The notes beneath the pieces were generated by a model that saw only the letters and a list, made by a program, of their open reading frames with translations, did no database searches and was not told the origin of the DNA. Shown in pieces: positions 16,831 to 22,701 of a stretch of DNA of 32,000 bases; position 1 is the stretch's first letter, and every line of letters begins with the position of its first letter. Both the position numbers and the translations under genes were made by a program. The DNA is from Candidatus Electrothrix yaqonensis (GTDB taxonomy: Bacteria > Desulfobacterota > Desulfobulbia > Desulfobulbales > Desulfobulbaceae): positions 2,910,001-2,942,000 of the forward strand of contig CP178758.1 in the NCBI GenBank assembly GCA_047651235.1. Direction: 5' to 3'.

Positions 16831-17702
16831 TGCCCTCCCCTGCCGAATATCCCTTTACCCCGCAGGCCTTCCGCACCACTGACGGCCACTGTCTCTCCTA
16901 TCTCGACGAAGGCAGTGGCCCGGCAGTGGTCATGGCGCACGGCAATCCGTCCTGGTCCTACCTGTACCGGAACGTGGTCACGGGCCTGAAAACGAATTAC
17001 CGCTGCATTGTGCCGGATCATCTGGGCTGCGGCCTGTCCGACAAACCGCAGAGCTGGCCTTATCGCCTACAAAATCATATTGATAATTTCACTGCCCTGC
17101 TCGATCATCTGAGCATAAAACGCTGCGTACTCATCGTCCACGATTGGGGCGGAGCGATCGGGATGGGCTGGGCTGGGCAGTATCCTGAGCGGGTGGCCGG
17201 GCTGGTTCTGCTGAACACCGCGGCCTTCCGTTCAATTCAGCTTGCCCTGCGGATTGCCGTCTGCCGCTGGCCGTTCCTCGGCGCCCTGCTGGTGCGCGGC
17301 CTGAACGGCTTTGCCTGGCCAGCCACCTTTATGGCGGTGCGGAAAAAAATGCGGCCGGAAATCAAAGCAGGCTTTCTTGCTCCCTACAACAGCTGGGCCA
17401 ATCGGGTGGCAGTGCATGGTTTTGTCCGGGATATCCCCATGCGGCCCGGCCATCCCTCATGGGATACACTGGTGCAGGTGGAAACTTCTCTGGCTCGGCT
17501 GCAGGGCAAGCCCATGCTCATCTGCTGGGGCGGGCAGGATTTCTGCTTCAACAGATCCTTCTATGCTGAATGGCAGCGACGCTTTCCTCAGGCGGAGAGC
17601 CATTATTTCCAGAAAGCCGGGCATTACGTGCTGGAGGATGCTCTGCCGGAGGTGCTGGGGCAGCTGCAGCCTTTTCTGCAGAGCTGTCATACAATGGGAT
17701 GA
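16830..17702 (+). CDS. oleB: alpha/beta hydrolase of the haloalkane-dehalogenase-like class, OleB-like
   Basis: ATG at 16830 overlaps the upstream TGA by 1 nt (TGATG). HGNPSWSYLYRN, Asp-nucleophile motif VHDWGGAIG and C-terminal AGHYVLED (catalytic His) are present. The pairing with an OleA-like gene suggests OleB. Confidence 0.6.
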   Translation: MPSPAEYPFTPQAFRTTDGHCLSYLDEGSGPAVVMAHGNPSWSYLYRNVVTGLKTNYRCIVPDHLGCGLSDKPQSWPYRLQNHIDNFTALLDHLSIKRCVLIVHDWGGAIGMGWAGQYPERVAGLVLLNTAAFRSIQLALRIAVCRWPFLGALLVRGLNGFAWPATFMAVRKKMRPEIKAGFLAPYNSWANRVAVHGFVRDIPMRPGHPSWDTLVQVETSLARLQGKPMLICWGGQDFCFNRSFYAEWQRRFPQAESHYFQKAGHYVLEDALPEVLGQLQPFLQSCHTMG

Positions 17703-17827
17703 AAAAAATATTCGATGGTGTACAAACCTGTCAATCCGTATCTGCCAAGCCCTGACTGATTCTATATTTGTTTTTAAATAACTGATGTTGTGCAGGCGAC
17801 AGGACGCGATCTATACGCTTATCCTCC

Positions 17828-19276
17828 CTACTGCCAGCGGCTGAACATCTCGGCGCGGGCCAGGCCGGAACGCTGCAGTACGCTGATCTTTGTGTCCACA
17901 TAATCAAGCACCAGCGCCTTTTTTCCTTCTGCCGGACGCATGATCCGTCCGACCACCTGCAGCAGGCGGCCTTCAAACCTGATCGGTGTCGCCAGCACCA
18001 GGGTGGAAAGACCGGGGCAGTCAAAGCCCTCGCTGATAAGCTGCAGGGTGGAGAGCAATACCTGCACTTTTCCCTCTTGGACCCGACACACGACATCAGC
18101 CCGCACGTCAGGCGGCATCCTGCCGGTGAGCAGCTCTGCAATGAGGTGATGGCTGCGCAGTTTATCGAGCAGGTTTGCACAATGGGCGACCCGGTCGGAG
18201 ACGACAAGCACGGTCCCCTCATGGCCCTGATGGATCAGGTCGGCAATGTCAGCGGTGATCTGACGGTTTCTCGCTTCATTTTCCGTCAGCGCCTTGATCA
18301 GTTTGGTATATTCCCCGGAATAGGAGGCAAAGAAGGCGGTCTCCCGCTGGATGAGATCAGGCCGGACAACCGCACCGCTTTCAGTCAGTACATCCGGATC
18401 AACGGCATGGACCCGGTCGCCCATGTAGCTGTAGATGAGCTTGGTCATCCCCTGTTCACGGCGGAAAGCAGTGGCAGACAGGCCCAGCATGTAAAAGGCG
18501 TCAAAACCGCTTACTACCTCAGTGAACAGACTGGCCGGGACCCTATGGCATTCATCCACAATGAGCTGACCGAAACAGGGCGTCAGCTCAGCCAGCCGTT
18601 TGCGGGCTGTGTTGACAACAGCAACGGTGATCGGCTGCGGATCAAAGCGGCCGCCCCCTGCCCGGCCTGCGCTGATCCCGAGAAAGGTGGCGATCCGGTC
18701 CAGCCACTGTTCAAGCAGCTCTCTGGAATGGACAATGATGATGGTCGGCTGTCTGCGTTCAGCAATGACTTTCAGGGCCATGACTGTTTTTCCGGAGCCT
18801 GTTCCGGCCTCCAGCACGCCGAAGGAACGCTGCATCAGGGCCTGCACCGCCTCCTGCTGATACGGGCGCAGGGTTCCCTGAAAGCTGCACTCAATGGGCG
18901 GCAATTTTCTTCTCCGGTCAATCAGCACCGGATCGACACCAAGCAGACGCCTGCAGAGCAGAACCGCACGGTTGCCGAAACCACGGGGAAAAACCAAGGT
19001 GTCCCCCTGCTCGCGGAAGAAATACAGTCTCGGCTTGATCTGTTTCCCTACCCAGCGGGAGTAACGTTGCGCAGCTGTATATTTCGGGTTATCCACGGTT
19101 AGCTGCTCCCGGATGGCGGCGCAGAGCAGTTCAGGTGCGTTGCTGAGCAGGCATTCCGAGGTCACGGTCAGGGTCGGCGGTACGTTTCTCTCTTTTTTGC
19201 CTGTTTTTTCCGTTGTCATATTTCTGCGTTCCGTCTGGCCGGATTCCATTTTCCGGCTGCTGCAGCACGATAGCAT
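17828..19276 (-). CDS. superfamily-2 DEAD/DEAH-box helicase (COG1061/Res-subunit-like) with an N-terminal domain of about 130 aa
   Basis: Motif I EAGTGSGKT, motif II DECH, motif III SAT, and a C-terminal RecA-like domain (LLSTLQLISEGFDCPGL, QVVGRIMR). The start is uncertain: ATGs at 19276, 19249 and 19219. Confidence 0.85.
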   Translation of the reverse strand: MLSCCSSRKMESGQTERRNMTTEKTGKKERNVPPTLTVTSECLLSNAPELLCAAIREQLTVDNPKYTAAQRYSRWVGKQIKPRLYFFREQGDTLVFPRGFGNRAVLLCRRLLGVDPVLIDRRRKLPPIECSFQGTLRPYQQEAVQALMQRSFGVLEAGTGSGKTVMALKVIAERRQPTIIIVHSRELLEQWLDRIATFLGISAGRAGGGRFDPQPITVAVVNTARKRLAELTPCFGQLIVDECHRVPASLFTEVVSGFDAFYMLGLSATAFRREQGMTKLIYSYMGDRVHAVDPDVLTESGAVVRPDLIQRETAFFASYSGEYTKLIKALTENEARNRQITADIADLIHQGHEGTVLVVSDRVAHCANLLDKLRSHHLIAELLTGRMPPDVRADVVCRVQEGKVQVLLSTLQLISEGFDCPGLSTLVLATPIRFEGRLLQVVGRIMRPAEGKKALVLDYVDTKISVLQRSGLARAEMFSRWQ

Positions 19277-19518
19277 CCTTTTTCCGGCAGGTCAATTTAT
19301 CGGCAACATCATTGTACCGATTACTGCCGGTTGCCCGTCATCAGGTGCAGCATTGATTTTGTCCTCTCAAAAAAAAACGTCTATTTTTTCTCCTGTGCAT
19401 CTGGCTGCTTGCACTCCCGGAAAAACGTAGTAGGATAGAGCTGAGTACACAAAACAGACAAAACGATCACGCCGTTTGTCTGTCGGAACGTGACCAGCGT
19501 ATTGTATATTTATAACAA

Positions 19519-20166
19519 ATGATCCGTTTTTGCCGTATCGGGCTGAGTGCTCTGCTGGTACTCAGTCTGGTCCGTTTTTATCCTCTCTCTGTCCAGGCCG
19601 GAGAACGGCCGGTTTCTCTTTCCATACCTGAATCAACGCTGCAGCAGACACTGCAGAATCTTCTCCCGCTGCCTGTCGAACTGGGAAAACATGGAGGAAA
19701 TCTTCAGGGAACTTTTCGTCTTGACTCCATTAGCAGGCTTGCCCTCAGGAAAGATATGATTTCTCTGCAGGGGAAGGTCAGCGGCAGGCATCTGCGGGCA
19801 AGTGCCCGGGTTGCCGGTCAGACCATTCAGATTAAACTGAAAGAGGTTGTTCTGCCTGTCACCTGTGATATCGCCCTGCGCTTTGACCGGAAAAAAAAGA
19901 CCCTGTTTCTCACACCGGCATGTCAGGACCTGCTGCAGGATAACCCGTCTGCCGCCCCGCTGCGCCCTCTGCTCGACAGTCTGCGCAGAGAATATCCTCT
20001 GCCGCTAGACAATCTGCAGCCGCTGACCGGAACAGCTGGCGGCGTTTCAATCTATGTCCATCTTGACCCGGTTGATATCCGGGCGGAAAAGAACGCGTTG
20101 ATTCTGCAGTTTCAACCTGTTGCCGGAAAGCAGCAGATTGCTCAAAGTATGTTGTACGCGCCCTGA
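19519..20166 (+). CDS. hypothetical exported protein
   Basis: 215-aa ORF with a signal-peptide-like N-terminus (IGLSALLVLSLVRFYPLSVQA/GE). No recognisable motif and no obvious SD. Confidence 0.55.
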   Translation: MIRFCRIGLSALLVLSLVRFYPLSVQAGERPVSLSIPESTLQQTLQNLLPLPVELGKHGGNLQGTFRLDSISRLALRKDMISLQGKVSGRHLRASARVAGQTIQIKLKEVVLPVTCDIALRFDRKKKTLFLTPACQDLLQDNPSAAPLRPLLDSLRREYPLPLDNLQPLTGTAGGVSIYVHLDPVDIRAEKNALILQFQPVAGKQQIAQSMLYAP

Positions 20167-20186
20167 GCAAAACAAAGAATCAGAGC

Positions 20187-20226
20187 AATAAGCAAAAAAA
20201 CATAAGCAAAAAAACATAAGCAAAAA
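20187..20226. repeat. 14-nt A-rich tandem repeat, about 2.9 copies
   Basis: aATAAGCAAAAAAA / CATAAGCAAAAAAA / CATAAGCAAAAA, read directly. It lies between the hypothetical-gene stop (20166) and the HIT-gene SD/ATG (20238). Confidence 0.85.
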
Positions 20227-20237
20227 CGGAGCGCATT

Positions 20238-20579
20238 ATGTCTGAAAACTGCCTGTTCTGTAAAATTATCCGGGGAGAAATACCGTCCGACAAGCTCTTT
20301 GAGGACGATGAAGTACTGGCCTTCCGCGATATCGCTCCGGCAGCGCCTGTTCATTTTCTGGTTATTCCGAAGAAGCATATCAGCGGCCCTTCCGCTGTGA
20401 CTGAAAAGGATGAACAGCTGATCGGCAGGCTGATGCGGATCGGCACTCAGGTTGCACAGCAGGAGGGAATCGAACAGTTCCGGCTGGTCCTGAATAACGG
20501 AGCAGAGGCCGGACAGACTGTTTTTCATCTGCATCTGCATGTCATCGGCGGACGCAGTCTGAACTGGCCTCCCGGCTGA
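20238..20579 (+). CDS. HIT family (histidine triad nucleotide-binding, HinT-like) protein
   Basis: 113 aa. CLFCKII N-terminus and histidine triad HLHLHVIGG. Confidence 0.9.
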   Translation: MSENCLFCKIIRGEIPSDKLFEDDEVLAFRDIAPAAPVHFLVIPKKHISGPSAVTEKDEQLIGRLMRIGTQVAQQEGIEQFRLVLNNGAEAGQTVFHLHLHVIGGRSLNWPPG

Positions 20580-20653
20580 TACCTGCAGGGGAAAAGGCAA
20601 AGTATAAAGGCAAAGGCAGAGGAGGGCATAATGAAGCAAAAGCAGGTTTGCTC

Positions 20654-20685
20654 AAAGAGCAGCAGAGCGTATTCTGCTGCTCTTT
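20654..20685 (+). terminator. strong hairpin downstream of the HIT gene (probable terminator)
   Basis: Perfect 13-bp stem AAAGAGCAGCAGA (20654-20666) / TCTGCTGCTCTTT (20673-20685) with a 6-nt loop. The U-run is only the TTT inside the 3' arm. Confidence 0.5.
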
Positions 20686-20879
20686 CGGATGTCGGATTCT
20701 TGTCGGGAGGAAGTGCTTTGTTTTTTCTGACCGGAAAAATTTCTTTTGAAGATTTCTTTTGAAAAATTAAGGGGAATCATTTATCATTTGTTTTTTATTG
20801 CTTCGGCCCCATGTTGTCAATAATTGCTGTCCATTTTTGACGGCAGGATTGAGAATTTATTCCCAGAACAGGCGGTAAG

Positions 20880-21305
20880 ATGAGCACGATAAATACCCGA
20901 CAATTTACTCGGGTCGAATTCAAGCGGGATGTACACCTTGATTTCAACGAACGGCAATATATAGAGCATACCGTCAATAATCTCAGTCTCGGTGGCATGT
21001 ATGTGCAGGGAGATTTTGATCAGCAGGCCGGTGATATCTGTACAGTCGAATTGAGCGATCCGGCTGCTGATACGGGTATTGTTGAACTGCGTGCCCGTGC
21101 TTCTGTTGTCTGGGCAGATGAGGAAGGAATAGCGCTCCGCTTTCTTTCTATGGGGCACGACAGTTTCTTGTTTCTTCAGACTGCGTTGTTGTATGAAGCT
21201 GAAGACCCTGTGGAGCTAGGTGCCGAATTTGTCCGAAATATTTCCTTTGATCTGGAGCCGGAACCGAAGGATAACAGGCCGGGTGGTGAGCAGAGTCTAC
21301 CGTGA
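20880..21305 (+). CDS. stand-alone PilZ domain protein (second copy in the window)
   Basis: 141 aa. RxxxR (RQFTR) at aa 7-11 and N-x-S-x-x-G (NLSLGG) about 25 aa later. Acidic C-terminal tail. Confidence 0.8.
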   Translation: MSTINTRQFTRVEFKRDVHLDFNERQYIEHTVNNLSLGGMYVQGDFDQQAGDICTVELSDPAADTGIVELRARASVVWADEEGIALRFLSMGHDSFLFLQTALLYEAEDPVELGAEFVRNISFDLEPEPKDNRPGGEQSLP

Positions 21306-21341
21306 TTCTGTTCTGTCTGCCTGATATTACTTACCGCCCGG

Positions 21342-22493
21342 TTATTGCGTGGTAATAATCGCCATTGCATCTCCGTAGCTGAAGAATCTGTAGTCCTGTT
21401 CCACAGCGTCCTGGTAGGCTGCAAGAACACGTTCTCTGCCTGCCAGGGCTGCCACCAGAAAGAGCAGGGACGATTTCGGAAGATGAAAATTGGTGATCAG
21501 ATTGTCCACAATTCTGAAGCAATAGCCGGGATAAATATACAGTCCGCATAAGCCCTCTACCGGCTGCACCTCTCCTCCCTTGTCTGTATCTCCGGCAGCA
21601 AATTCCAGCGTTCTTGCCGTGGTGGTACCGACAGCCCAGATCCTGCCGCCGTTTTTTCTGGTCGTATTGATTGCCTCTGCCGTTTCCGGCGGGAGGCGGA
21701 TAAATTCTTTATGCAGCCTGTGCTGCCGGATGTCCTCGCACCGTACCGGTGCAAACGTCCCGTACCCGACATGCAGGGTGACTTCCGCCAGACTGATCCC
21801 ATCGCCCTGCAATTTCTGCAGGAACCCGTCATTGAAGTGCAGCCCGGCTGTCGGAGCGGCAACCGAGCCGACATGACGGGCGTACCTGGTCTGATAGCGT
21901 CGGGCATCCTCTGTCGTGCTGCCGTCAGGCCGCCTGATATACGGCGGCAGTGGGATATCTCCGTGTTCTTCCAGCAACAGCTCAAGCGGAATGCGGGCGG
22001 AATGAAACAGAGTGACTTCTGCTTTGCCGTCCGGTCGGAGAACATCCACTCGTACCTGCAGTGCCTCAGTAAAATACAGTATGCTTCCCGTCTTGGGCCG
22101 TTTTGAACTCTTTATCAGGGCCAGTGCTGTTGCCTGTGCGGTCGTTTCTTTCTGTACTCCGTCTGTTGTCGTGTCCGGGACAGGAACCGGAAAATGGAGA
22201 AGAAGCATCTCAACCCTGCCGCCGGTCTGTTTACGCCCGAACAGGCGGGCAGGAAAGACCTTGGTATTGTTGATCACCAGCAGATCACCGCTTCTGAGCA
22301 GGTTGCGGAGGGTTTCAAACCGGGTATGTTCCTTGGTATTGTGTACACAGTTCAGCACAAGAAGACGGGCCTGTTCTCTCCGTGCTGCAGGCTGCTGAGC
22401 AATCTGCTCTTCAGGGAGGAAATAATCGTAGGAAGAAAGCTGATACCGGTCCTGTACGCTGTTTTTAGGTACAGCTGCTTTGCATTCAGACAT
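21342..22493 (-). CDS. queA: S-adenosylmethionine:tRNA ribosyltransferase-isomerase
   Basis: 383 aa. YDYFLPEEQIAQQP N-terminus, VAAPTAGLHF and TLHVGYGTF motifs typical of QueA. Confidence 0.93.
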   Translation of the reverse strand: MSECKAAVPKNSVQDRYQLSSYDYFLPEEQIAQQPAARREQARLLVLNCVHNTKEHTRFETLRNLLRSGDLLVINNTKVFPARLFGRKQTGGRVEMLLLHFPVPVPDTTTDGVQKETTAQATALALIKSSKRPKTGSILYFTEALQVRVDVLRPDGKAEVTLFHSARIPLELLLEEHGDIPLPPYIRRPDGSTTEDARRYQTRYARHVGSVAAPTAGLHFNDGFLQKLQGDGISLAEVTLHVGYGTFAPVRCEDIRQHRLHKEFIRLPPETAEAINTTRKNGGRIWAVGTTTARTLEFAAGDTDKGGEVQPVEGLCGLYIYPGYCFRIVDNLITNFHLPKSSLLFLVAALAGRERVLAAYQDAVEQDYRFFSYGDAMAIITTQ

Positions 22494-22575
22494 TTAGAAG
22501 GATTCAGAAAGGTGTTACCGGAGCAGTAATCTCGACAGGAAATCAGAGCTGGAGAATATCGGAAGGCGCGGGAAT

Positions 22576-22674
22576 ACAGTGCTGTAGTACTTAGTACTGT
22601 ACAGCAGCACTGTCGGTTCCCGGTCAGGAAATAACAGAAAGACCGGAGAACCGACAGACTGTACGGCCGTACAG
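22576..22674 (-). terminator. cluster of three consecutive hairpins downstream of the 701-aa gene (compound terminator or structured RNA)
   Basis: Hairpin A 22576-22613: outer 9 bp ACAGTGCTG/CAGCACTGT plus inner pairs. Hairpin B 22614-22653: 12 bp with one bulge, CGGTTCCCGGTC/GACCGG(A)GAACCG. Hairpin C 22659-22674: perfect palindrome CTGTACGGCCGTACAG. No clean U-run. Confidence 0.4.
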
Positions 22675-22701
22675 AATGACCGCGTTACAGCTCGTTGCAG
22701 T

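Noticed and set aside
18077-19102. 341-aa + strand ORF antisense to the helicase
   Set aside because: The minus-strand frame carries complete helicase motifs (GTGSGKT, DECH, SAT). The + frame has no motifs and a low-complexity, G/R/P-rich composition.
20631-20762. 43-aa ORF (MKQKQVCSKSSRAYSAALSDVGF...) with a strong AGGAGG SD 5 nt upstream
   Set aside because: The ORF contains the 13-bp terminator hairpin of the HIT gene and has low-complexity sequence. The SD-like purine run is part of an AAAGGCAAAG repeat. It is not supportable without conservation or Ribo-seq data.
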